This document shows, in pieces, positions 1-8,145 of a stretch of 64,000 nt of DNA; the stretch's first letter is position 1, and the number at the start of each line of letters is the position of its first letter. Source of the stretch: Acutalibacteraceae bacterium (GTDB taxonomy: Bacteria; Bacillota; Clostridia; Oscillospirales; Acutalibacteraceae); NCBI GenBank assembly GCA_045601885.1, contig JAZSAN010000005.1:21851-85850 (forward strand), given 5' to 3'. Made by a program: the position numbers and the translations under genes. The notes under the pieces were generated by a model. The model saw only the letters and a program-made list of their open reading frames with translations. It searched no databases and was not told the origin of the DNA.

Positions 1-1
1 G

Positions 2-493
2 TTTAGACGACGATTTGGTAATTGTGAGTACATAAATGCTATCGAATATCAGAACCGCGGAGCACTACATTGTCACTTAATAGTAATTTTTGATGAAAAT
101 CCAACATTTACAATAACTAATGATGATATCAAAAAGTGTTGGAAACATGGTAGTTCTAATATCGGTCCGGTAACATCAGCGGAAGCTGATGCAAAATATC
201 TTACAAATTTTCTTTTTGAATATAAAGTAGAAAAAGAAGATTCGGACTACATATTGAAAACTAAAAAGCAACGTAAAGGTGAAAGAGTCTGTTATTATCC
301 AAGCCATAGCAGACTCTTTAATTGTTCTCAAGGTATTAAACGACCAGAAGTTATTAAAAATATTCCTTATAGTGAAGCATTATCGATGTTTAATTCAATT
401 GAATTAACAAATGCATTATCTATATATAACGACGATGGTAACATTGTTACAATCGAAAATTATAAAATAAAAAATGAAAAGGAGGTCTGCTGA
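2..493 (+). CDS. Rolling-circle replication initiator / relaxase-like HUH endonuclease, C-terminal part (5' end truncated by the window)
   Basis: The frame is open from position 2. It shows an HUH-like motif (GALHCHLIVIF) followed by E-x3-KY (EADAKYLTNF), as in pC194/pUB110-type Rep proteins. Its stop overlaps the next start (TGATG). Confidence 0.55.
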   Translation, partial: FRRRFGNCEYINAIEYQNRGALHCHLIVIFDENPTFTITNDDIKKCWKHGSSNIGPVTSAEADAKYLTNFLFEYKVEKEDSDYILKTKKQRKGERVCYYPSHSRLFNCSQGIKRPEVIKNIPYSEALSMFNSIELTNALSIYNDDGNIVTIENYKIKNEKEVC

Positions 494-681
494 TGCCCCA
501 AATTCGCACTATTAAAGGCGCTGCCGACGAAATTAAGAAAGTTGACCCTAATACCGCAATAACTGAATATCGAATTAGATTACTAGTTAATGAAAAATCA
601 ATACCATCAGTTTCGGTTGGCAATCGAAAACTCGTCAATATGGACGACGTATGGGATTGCTTTAAATTTAAAGTTTCTTAA
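493..681 (+). CDS. Excisionase-like HTH DNA-binding protein (Xis-like)
   Basis: 62 aa, translationally coupled to Rep and immediately upstream of int. It has an HTH_17/excisionase-like pattern (ITEYRIRLLVNEKSIPSVSVGNRKLVN). Confidence 0.5.
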   Translation: MPQIRTIKGAADEIKKVDPNTAITEYRIRLLVNEKSIPSVSVGNRKLVNMDDVWDCFKFKVS

Positions 682-695
682 TTAAAATTGATTTG

Positions 696-732
696 GGGTG
701 GGAAATAAAATTCCCACCCACTAGTGTATAAT
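696..732 (+). promoter_or_regulatory. Operator palindrome copy 1 plus an extended -10 (candidate int promoter)
   Basis: GGGTGGGAA-ATAAAA-TTCCCACCC is a perfect 9-bp inverted repeat (696-719). It is followed 7 nt later by TGTATAAT (725-732). There is no U-tract, so it does not look like a terminator. Confidence 0.5.
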
Positions 733-766
733 GAAGTCATAATCATAAGAAAGAGGTATTAATTAA

Positions 767-2134
767 ATGGCTTCTGTTGAAAAGCGAAGTAACGGTTATC
801 GTATTACAGTTTATGACGGTTATAATGATAGTGGCCGTCAAGTAAAACACCATAAAACCTGGAAACCTTCTGCCGATATGACCGAATATCAAATTAAAAA
901 AGAACTTGAAAGACAGTGCGTTGCTTTTGAGCAAGAATGTAAGAGCGGTCAAACATTATCCGGCGCAATAAAATTAAAAGAGTATATAGAACTTTGGTTT
1001 GATAAATATGCAGTATCTCATCTCAGACAAACAACACTTGATAATTATCACGATTTAAGTAAAAGAGTTTACAAAGAAATAGGACATATCAGAATAGATA
1101 GATTAAATCCTAATGACCTTAATAAATTTTATGCCTCATTGATGGGCTACACTCCGCAAAATCATAACAACTATGCTCTCAAATTTGACTTCAAATCAAT
1201 TTTATCCGAAAGAAACATTTCATATAGGAAGTTTGCCGAAATGTCAAATGTGGGTATCAGAACAGTAAATTCAATCGCTTCTGGCGATAATGTTTCTTTA
1301 CAAACAGCACATAAAATCGCTGATTGCTTAAAGCTCGATTTTGAAAAACATTTTAAACCTGCAAATAATCAAAAAGGCATATTATCTTCTAAAACCGTTA
1401 AACATTATCATAGTTTCTTATCATCAGCATTATCCAAAGCGGTAAAATGGGGTTATATTAAAGACAATCCTTGTGATAGAGTTGACCCGCCGCGAATCCA
1501 GCATAAACAAATAAAATGTTTCACGACAGATGAAGCAAAAATATTTTTAAAAGGATTATCACAAGAATGTTTAAAGTATCGCGTAATGTTTTCAATCCTA
1601 ATTTATACTGGACTTAGGCGCGGCGAACTATTAGGTCTTGAATGGTCTGATATTAACTTTGAAAAGAAAACAATTTCAATAAGTAGAACATCAGTACATA
1701 TACGTTCAAAAGGTATTGTTACAGATACTACAAAAAATGAATATTCAATCCGCGAAATTTCTATTTCAGATGAATTAATTGAACTTTTGAAATTATATTA
1801 TCAAGAGCAGCAAGAATTAAAAGCAAAGCTTGGAGATATGTGGGTTGAAACAAATAGAATTTGCATAAGAGATGATGGCAGCCCAATGGGTGTAGGCACG
1901 CCTTATAACACGTTACAAAAGTTACTAAAAAAATACAAATTGCCTGATGTTTCATTACATAGTTTAAGACATACTAACGCTACTATAATGATTGAATCAG
2001 GAACGGATTTAAAGACTACATCTACACGCTTAGGGCATTCTCAGGCAAGTACAACAATGAATATTTATGTTCATCAAATTAAATCATCAAATGAGCATGC
2101 AGCAGAAAATATATCTAAAGCATTAGCTATATAA
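767..2134 (+). CDS. int: Tyrosine site-specific integrase with an internal XRE-like HTH insertion
   Basis: It has an N-terminal arm-binding type start (MASVEKRSNGYRITVYDGY), a catalytic region with LRRGELLGLEW, HSLRHTNATIM and LGHSQASTTMNIYVH, and a good SD. Confidence 0.9.
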   Translation: MASVEKRSNGYRITVYDGYNDSGRQVKHHKTWKPSADMTEYQIKKELERQCVAFEQECKSGQTLSGAIKLKEYIELWFDKYAVSHLRQTTLDNYHDLSKRVYKEIGHIRIDRLNPNDLNKFYASLMGYTPQNHNNYALKFDFKSILSERNISYRKFAEMSNVGIRTVNSIASGDNVSLQTAHKIADCLKLDFEKHFKPANNQKGILSSKTVKHYHSFLSSALSKAVKWGYIKDNPCDRVDPPRIQHKQIKCFTTDEAKIFLKGLSQECLKYRVMFSILIYTGLRRGELLGLEWSDINFEKKTISISRTSVHIRSKGIVTDTTKNEYSIREISISDELIELLKLYYQEQQELKAKLGDMWVETNRICIRDDGSPMGVGTPYNTLQKLLKKYKLPDVSLHSLRHTNATIMIESGTDLKTTSTRLGHSQASTTMNIYVHQIKSSNEHAAENISKALAI

Positions 2135-2143
2135 ACAACGAAT

Positions 2144-2170
2144 ATCCCTACAGAGCAAAACTGTAGGGAT
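2144..2170. terminator. Bidirectional hairpin between int and the convergent 167-aa gene
   Basis: ATCCCTACAG-agcaaaa-CTGTAGGGAT is a perfect 10-bp stem. Confidence 0.6.
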
Positions 2171-2176
2171 ATAATT

Positions 2177-2680
2177 TTAATCATCGAAGGTATAACGGTA
2201 ATGCAAGTTATTATCATATATAAATTTGACAGACTTAATACCATTATAACCTTTTTTGAATTTTAATTTTGCAAGAATCATTTTGCGGTATTTTTCCTCT
2301 GCGAAAAAAGTGCTGCAATAAATAATAATCTTTTTATCCTTGCGTATCTCATATCTACCTCTTGGAAAGTAATAAAAAGACTTATTTTGAGTAATTGATT
2401 TATCGAAATCTTTCCATACATTTTCGTGGGAATATTTGTGTTTATCAAAAATTGCCTCTAACGAATTAAAGGAATACTTATATGTAATAAGCCGCTCATT
2501 ATTATATTTATCTTTTATTAACCAAAATACCCCTTTATTTAGGAAGTTCAAATCTTCATCCAAATATTCGCCGTCGGTGGTAATATCGGATTTTTCTTGT
2601 TTTTCTTCAATAATACTTTCAATGTATTCTGCAAGTTCTTCTCTCGTTCTTAAATTTTCGGTTAAAAAATTATAATCCAT
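2177..2680 (-). CDS. Hypothetical protein (167 aa), last gene of the minus-strand run
   Basis: Long ORF with an SD. It has an acidic N-terminus and an FYYFPRGRYEI motif. I do not recognise the family. Confidence 0.5.
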   Translation of the reverse strand: MDYNFLTENLRTREELAEYIESIIEEKQEKSDITTDGEYLDEDLNFLNKGVFWLIKDKYNNERLITYKYSFNSLEAIFDKHKYSHENVWKDFDKSITQNKSFYYFPRGRYEIRKDKKIIIYCSTFFAEEKYRKMILAKLKFKKGYNGIKSVKFIYDNNLHYRYTFDD

Positions 2681-2759
2681 CTATAACAATCCTTATTTAA
2701 TATAATAATTGAATAACTCTGCCAAATTTATAATTAAATAACAATAAATTAAGCTTAAA

Positions 2760-3986
2760 TTATCTATTAATTATTGTACAATTAGGATAATTTATTTCAT
2801 ACCAAGCCATAACACATTTTAATTGTAATCTACTAATACAAGGTGCCACCGACCATAAGCTATTTACCTCACTAAAATAATTTTTAATCCACAATGGAAT
2901 ATTATATTCATCTAAAAGATATTCATATTTATTATGCTTGTTATTATGACTCCAAAAAGCATGTTTTATAAAATCAAAGGCGATATCATCGGACATACCA
3001 TATGAAGTTAAAACTTCAAAAAATTCATCTTTAGAAACAAAAAAATCGGGTTTATATATGTTTTCTAATGATTTTTTATGAGTAAATGAACCATTTAGAT
3101 AAGCATATATTCGGGTTAATGTTTTAAAATCACATTCGGTAATCGTTTCAATTTCTTCAGTAAAAGCTCTTCCTCTAGCATATTCTTTTTCACTTATAGA
3201 TTTATTTTCTATAAATTCAGCCAACATTTCATTCGAATCTTTTGCAATGTATTTTAAAACCTCAATATACACATCTTTTTTATATTGTTCTGAGGTAGGA
3301 AAAACTCCTGTTTTTTTAGCAATTATTCCAATGTTTTCACATATCTTAGAATCTGCGATTATGATTTCCTTGTATATTTTTTTATTACTATTAACCGTAC
3401 CAAATTTCGCATTTAATCGTTTTTTAATTAAATGTTTAATTGATGCCGCAACACTTAATGAAAAATCTGGAATTTGCGGATTATAAAACGAACCCCATAC
3501 AATTTCAAATGGTATATAAAAGCCATCTTTTTTTATTTCCCCTTCGTTTTTCTGACAAATTTTATCTGGCATATCTATTCCAAAACCACTTGTAGATATT
3601 TTAGTATCAAAACAAAATGTACAAATCGAATCAGAACAACGATAATGTGCTTTCATTGGATTGATATATGAAACTCCAAGCAAATAAGCGATTACAGAAC
3701 CAGAAAGCGCGCCTTGAATCATAACAGGATAACCTTCCTCTCTTGATAAGTCTGTAATTTCTTTTATCAGAGCGAAATGAAAGGCGGTACCCGTCTTTTT
3801 CATTAATTGAAGTTCGGTTTCTAATCGTCCGACAATAAAATTCATACCATAAAGTTCACCGGCTTTTCCACGGCATAGTTTAATAATTTGTTGCTCAATA
3901 TTCTTTATTTCTTCTTCAGTCGGACAGGTAAAACTCAACTTGCAGTAATTTGTATTTTTACCCGCTGATATAATTTTAATGTTCAT
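2760..3986 (-). CDS. PolC-like (DNA polymerase III alpha, Gram-positive type) palm/fingers fragment, apparently catalytically degenerate
   Basis: It matches PolC landmarks: HY-C...C, GFGIDMPDKIC...KDGFYIPFE, and a C-terminal PLWIKNYFSEVNSLWSVAPC...AWYEINYP resembling PolC's VP.WYI.SC.KIKYMFPKAHAAAY...AYFK. PolC's PDIDLNFS is PDFSLSVA here, and the central catalytic segment is missing. Confidence 0.6.
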   Translation of the reverse strand: MNIKIISAGKNTNYCKLSFTCPTEEEIKNIEQQIIKLCRGKAGELYGMNFIVGRLETELQLMKKTGTAFHFALIKEITDLSREEGYPVMIQGALSGSVIAYLLGVSYINPMKAHYRCSDSICTFCFDTKISTSGFGIDMPDKICQKNEGEIKKDGFYIPFEIVWGSFYNPQIPDFSLSVAASIKHLIKKRLNAKFGTVNSNKKIYKEIIIADSKICENIGIIAKKTGVFPTSEQYKKDVYIEVLKYIAKDSNEMLAEFIENKSISEKEYARGRAFTEEIETITECDFKTLTRIYAYLNGSFTHKKSLENIYKPDFFVSKDEFFEVLTSYGMSDDIAFDFIKHAFWSHNNKHNKYEYLLDEYNIPLWIKNYFSEVNSLWSVAPCISRLQLKCVMAWYEINYPNCTIINR

Positions 3987-3998
3987 TTTGTTGCTCCT

Positions 3999-4673
3999 TT
4001 ATTTTACATAATATTCCTTGAAATCATTTAAACAAATACAACCCAAAATTCTACCAAAAACCGCCCCACAATCAATAGCAATATGATTATTTTTTATATA
4101 AATTTTTCCATCATATTTAGGGCCAATAAATATTGTTGGGGTGTGCCCGGTTACTATATATTTATTATCATAATATTTTTTATCATATTCAGGGGCGCCG
4201 GCAATAAAATCTTCACGCTCTAAATTGCAATCGAGCAACATTCTATCCTTTTGAGGTATAGTATGAGAAAGCCAAAATTTATTACCATCAACACTTATAT
4301 CTTTAAATATAGTAAACCGACTAATGTAGTTTATTATTTCAAATTGTTCACGCTCAGATAACTCTAGAAACGCATTATTTGTCGGTTCCCCGCCAATCAT
4401 CATCCACATTTTATATCCTAAATCAAGATAATCAAATTCTTCTCTGTTATATATCTTTTTAAACATTCTAAGCGCGGTATAATCGTGGTTACCTAATATA
4501 GGAATAACATTTTTTCTTTTCATCATATCTTGATATATTTTTATGCCGTCAGGTCCTCTGTCAACTATATCACCTAAAATATATAAAGTATCTTCATCAC
4601 TAAATTTTATCTTTTCAAGCATTTTTATATACAAATCATAACATCCGTGTAAATCACTCATTGCGTAAATCAT
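3999..4673 (-). CDS. PPP-family metallophosphoesterase (lambda phosphatase / PrpE / ApaH-like)
   Basis: Motifs present: SDLHG, GDIVDRGPDG, GNHD, GHTP. Confidence 0.85.
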   Translation of the reverse strand: MIYAMSDLHGCYDLYIKMLEKIKFSDEDTLYILGDIVDRGPDGIKIYQDMMKRKNVIPILGNHDYTALRMFKKIYNREEFDYLDLGYKMWMMIGGEPTNNAFLELSEREQFEIINYISRFTIFKDISVDGNKFWLSHTIPQKDRMLLDCNLEREDFIAGAPEYDKKYYDNKYIVTGHTPTIFIGPKYDGKIYIKNNHIAIDCGAVFGRILGCICLNDFKEYYVK

Positions 4674-4780
4674 AATTTAAACCTCTCAATAGTTATTTTT
4701 TATTATTGTATTTCTTGTAATTTAACGGCATTTTCCTACCTTTACTTACATAAAAAACACATACTGTTTTATTCTTAGCC

Positions 4781-5296
4781 TTAAACACATATTTCGTGAA
4801 TTAAGTTTCTATAAAAATCAATTTGATTTATTTTGGAAAAGTCTGTTTTTCTCTCGAGTTTTTCTCGAATGGGTTTAATCTCTTCTTCACACATATCATA
4901 ATAGGTCATATGATATAGTATTCCACCTAATATAGCATCAACGCCATATTTTTCAATACTACACTCATGAACAGGAATACCTAATGCCTGACCCCAATTC
5001 CAACCAAATTCAGTTATACCTTTTAAACTATAATTATTGGCAACAACTTTATCCATATCCGCAAGTGCAACATAAGGAAAGTTTTCATATTTTTCATGCG
5101 GTACAGCAATATAACCAAAATCTTCACCGCACAAATAACACCTTGTGGGAAGATACTCCTTGATATCATCTATTATTAAGCGATATCTTTCTATCAAAGT
5201 GTTTAAATCATCTTCCGGATATTTAGCCAACTTACAAATTGCTTTCGCAACACCTTCGACAGTGCATTCATAAATCAAATTCTCTGCATAGTACAT
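4781..5296 (-). CDS. Hypothetical protein (about 171 aa)
   Basis: The ORF-track start is 5311, but GAGGAG-7nt-ATG favours 5296. I recognise no family with confidence. Confidence 0.5.
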   Translation of the reverse strand: MYYAENLIYECTVEGVAKAICKLAKYPEDDLNTLIERYRLIIDDIKEYLPTRCYLCGEDFGYIAVPHEKYENFPYVALADMDKVVANNYSLKGITEFGWNWGQALGIPVHECSIEKYGVDAILGGILYHMTYYDMCEEEIKPIREKLERKTDFSKINQIDFYRNLIHEICV

Positions 5297-5364
5297 AAAA
5301 ATTCTCCTCACACAGTATTTTTATTTAAACTTTTTTAAGTTTTAATTTGTACCAATCACAGCAA

Positions 5365-5640
5365 TTAGAAATTTCGTCTATATCCTCGCGAATCTGTGAT
5401 GATATTCTTTTCTTTCCAATCGCACAAATTAATCCGAGCTTTATCTCTAGCGGTATATATTGTAACATTCTCATATGCTATTTCTTCAAGCAGGAATTGA
5501 ACCGCTGCAGCAACACCGTAGCAGTCGCCAATTATTATTTCATTACCTTCTTTACAAAGGTTCATAATGTAATTTATCGCTTCAATAGGCAGGCCGCTTA
5601 ATTCTTTACTGCCAAATATGTATACCTTCAAAAGTACCAC
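5365..5640 (-). CDS. Small Rossmann-like protein, possibly SLOG/DprA/DUF2493-like
   Basis: The pattern KVYIFGSKEL...NEIIIGDCYGVAAAVQ..L....NVTIY resembles SLOG/DprA-type folds. It has a GTG start and a weak SD. Confidence 0.35.
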   Translation of the reverse strand: MVLLKVYIFGSKELSGLPIEAINYIMNLCKEGNEIIIGDCYGVAAAVQFLLEEIAYENVTIYTARDKARINLCDWKEKNIITDSRGYRRNF

Positions 5641-5650
5641 TTTCTATAAT

Positions 5651-6439
5651 CTAAATGATTGTTTTTTTAATAAAATCACTAACAGGATACAACGCTATAT
5701 CTTTACCGGTTAGTTCTTCTGTGTAGTATTTTAAATTGGTGAAAAATAAAACATAATCTTTTTCGAGAGTTTTACCATCATCAGAGACATAATAGCAAAT
5801 AGCGCCCATATCATTTGGTGAAACGCTTTCTAATATGACTATTTTTTCTTCAATTAAATCATATAAAATATCGCCAGATTTAAAAGGAGTAGGCAGTTTA
5901 ACATAGTCTTCGGCCATCCCAAAAAAGGCGCTTAATGGGTTCCATTCGCTACATTTGTGAATAGAAATTAGTTCGCCATCAATATATTCCGCTTTAATTG
6001 TATCATCATACGTATTAAACGGTATTTTATGTATTTTATATCCCTTAACAACACGTTTTGTATTAATAATGTTTTCTTTAATATGATTTAAGCAGGATTC
6101 ATAATCTTTAAAGTAAATTGCCAAATGTGAAGTGTGTTCTTCATAATCAATAAATCCTGTATAAAATGAATTATCATCTTTTTCGGTGAGTTCCTGCTTT
6201 ATTAATTCAAGATAATCAAAGTATTCTTTTATAAATGTATGAACACTTTTGCCATCTGAACGTGCGAATTCAAAATCCGACATTGTTAAAATACATTCTA
6301 ATGCCTCTGTTTTTTCTTTTAATTTTAGATTTTCATTTTGTAATAATATCCATAAACAGTCTTGCGAACTCAATTCATAATTGATTTTTCTTAAATGCTC
6401 CGCTACATCTTTCGAGTGAATATATTTGTAAAAATCCAT
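5651..6439 (-). CDS. Hypothetical protein (262 aa)
   Basis: Long ORF with an SD (AGAAAGGA). No motif recognised. Confidence 0.5.
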   Translation of the reverse strand: MDFYKYIHSKDVAEHLRKINYELSSQDCLWILLQNENLKLKEKTEALECILTMSDFEFARSDGKSVHTFIKEYFDYLELIKQELTEKDDNSFYTGFIDYEEHTSHLAIYFKDYESCLNHIKENIINTKRVVKGYKIHKIPFNTYDDTIKAEYIDGELISIHKCSEWNPLSAFFGMAEDYVKLPTPFKSGDILYDLIEEKIVILESVSPNDMGAICYYVSDDGKTLEKDYVLFFTNLKYYTEELTGKDIALYPVSDFIKKTII

Positions 6440-6559
6440 TTTTAAAATTCCTTTCTTGAACCATTCTTTAAAATACTATTCTATTTCTTTCTATATCTAG
6501 TTTTATGGACTCAAACAGAAAATTGTACTATTTATTCCGTAAACTCGATATGGTTGGTT

Positions 6560-7021
6560 TTATGCGACATTGAAATCGTCGGCAAATTGAAATTTAAAAT
6601 CCAAACTTACGGCATAACGAGTAATAATCATGGCGTCAATTAGTCTACAACCTTCGCAATCAATTACACATTGTGGTGCTCCGAGCTCAAAAAGTCTGAA
6701 TAATCTTCTCACTCTGCATTCAACCATTTCATCTTCTAATTGCAGCTCTAAACATTGAACAACACAATCAGTCTCATATATTCCCACATTATCTTCTAAT
6801 TGAGAATATAATATTTCAAAATCATCAATTACGTTCTGCAAATCGTTTTTATCCCAATTCATAGTATAGGATTCAAAATGTTGCTTCTCATATTCATCTG
6901 AGAAAGGGTCTTCATTTCTACGTGACAAAGTCAGCATATTTTCATTTGTGTTTTCAAACAAAAGTTTTGCATACTCAGTCGGGGTAAACTCATAACCATC
7001 ATTAAAAAATTTAATCTCCAT
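6560..7021 (-). CDS. Hypothetical acidic protein (153 aa)
   Basis: Long ORF with an SD (AAGAGG). It is rich in D/E and has several Cys. Confidence 0.5.
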   Translation of the reverse strand: MEIKFFNDGYEFTPTEYAKLLFENTNENMLTLSRRNEDPFSDEYEKQHFESYTMNWDKNDLQNVIDDFEILYSQLEDNVGIYETDCVVQCLELQLEDEMVECRVRRLFRLFELGAPQCVIDCEGCRLIDAMIITRYAVSLDFKFQFADDFNVA

Positions 7022-7128
7022 TTTATTACCTCTTAATTCTTTATTCTAAAATTAAAAATAAACTTTTATATTTCACGGATGGTATTGCTCGTTTTATGGG
7101 TTTTCGTACATTAGTAACCACATCTTAC

Positions 7129-7890
7129 TCACAAAGAATCATAAAATTTAATAACCTTATCTATAAACTCTTTTACCATAGATTTATCAATCAACGCTTT
7201 GTGTCTTTGATAATATTCTTCAATTTTCCTTAAAGTGCGTATAAACTGCGGAATCGTAAGTTCCGTTTCTGTTAGAAGCATTAATGCTTCATTTTCAATT
7301 TTCACGCAAGAATTTTCTAAAAAGTTTGTTACCATTTCAATACGCTTTTCTTTGGCGGTAAAACCTGTATCAGCAAAAAGTGCCTCTCCAAAAATAAGTT
7401 TATATAAAACTTCTAATTCATGAGGATAACAATTTGATGCCAACAACACCTTCAGTCCATTTGAAACTTTTTTTAAAATCAATTTTGCAATTTCTTCTTG
7501 TGTTGTGGTTTTATTTAGCAAATAATCAACATCATCAATTATTAGAAGTTGCACTTCTTCAATTTCGTTTAGTCGTGTTTTTCGCTTGAATATAAAACTT
7601 AGATATTCTTCGCCCAATTCTTTGGCGTTAAGCGAACAAACACTGTGTTTTGTTTTGAATTGATTTTCCGTAGCTCTAAGAAGATGAGTTTTGCCTCGTC
7701 CAATTGGACCATATAACCATAATATCTTTATATCGTAAGGCAATGCTGAAAAAAATTCTTTACAAGCTACAACTGCAAAACGGTTAGTAGAATCTTCTAT
7801 GAATGTATCAAATGTAAATTCCTTTATGTCCAATTTCGCACAATCTACAGGTGACATACTAATATCGCCACTACAATTTTTAATCTCCAT
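7129..7890 (-). CDS. DnaA/Hda-like AAA+ ATPase lacking the DnaA DNA-binding domain
   Basis: Walker A is LYGPIGRGKTHLL and Walker B is LLIIDDVDYL. A DnaA domain-III-like TTQEEIAKLILKKVSNGLKVLLASN follows. At 253 aa it has no domain IV. Confidence 0.75.
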   Translation of the reverse strand: MEIKNCSGDISMSPVDCAKLDIKEFTFDTFIEDSTNRFAVVACKEFFSALPYDIKILWLYGPIGRGKTHLLRATENQFKTKHSVCSLNAKELGEEYLSFIFKRKTRLNEIEEVQLLIIDDVDYLLNKTTTQEEIAKLILKKVSNGLKVLLASNCYPHELEVLYKLIFGEALFADTGFTAKEKRIEMVTNFLENSCVKIENEALMLLTETELTIPQFIRTLRKIEEYYQRHKALIDKSMVKEFIDKVIKFYDSL

Positions 7891-7956
7891 TTTTATTGCC
7901 TCTCAATTATCAATATTTTTAAAAATTAATCTTCCTTTCTTATGGGCTCTATTTCT

Positions 7957-8004
7957 ATTATACTATTTACGTGGGCGAAATTTTTCCCACGCAAAGAGTA
8001 TAAT
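7957..8004. promoter_or_regulatory. Back-to-back promoters centred on operator palindrome copy 2
   Basis: The plus strand reads ATTATA-8nt-GTGGGCGAAATTTTTCCCAC-8nt-TATAAT. This places a TATAAT 8 nt from each side of the palindrome, one facing each way. Confidence 0.55.
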
Positions 8005-8060
8005 TAAATTAACGCAAAAAATAAATTTCACTAACCACTATAACAATTCTAACAGAAAAG

Positions 8061-8095
8061 GTGGGAAAATTATTTCCTACATTATGCGATATAAT
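8061..8095 (+). promoter_or_regulatory. Operator palindrome copy 3 plus a -10 immediately upstream of the WYL gene
   Basis: GTGGGAAAATTATTTCCTAC (8061-8080) is followed 9 nt later by TATAAT (8090-8095). Confidence 0.5.
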
Positions 8096-8145
8096 GGTTG
8101 TGTAAATCAAAGATTTACGTTATAATATTTAAGAGGTGTTAAATT

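Noticed and set aside
254-493. The ORF track lists an independent 79-aa ORF.
   Set aside because: The frame is open back to position 2 and the upstream part carries the HUH motif. This is the tail of a longer Rep gene cut by the window edge.
4728-4750. A possible fifth operator copy (…GGCATTTTCCTAC) between the phosphatase and the upstream gene.
   Set aside because: Only the right half-site (TTTCCTAC) is present and no GTGGG left arm sits at the required spacing.
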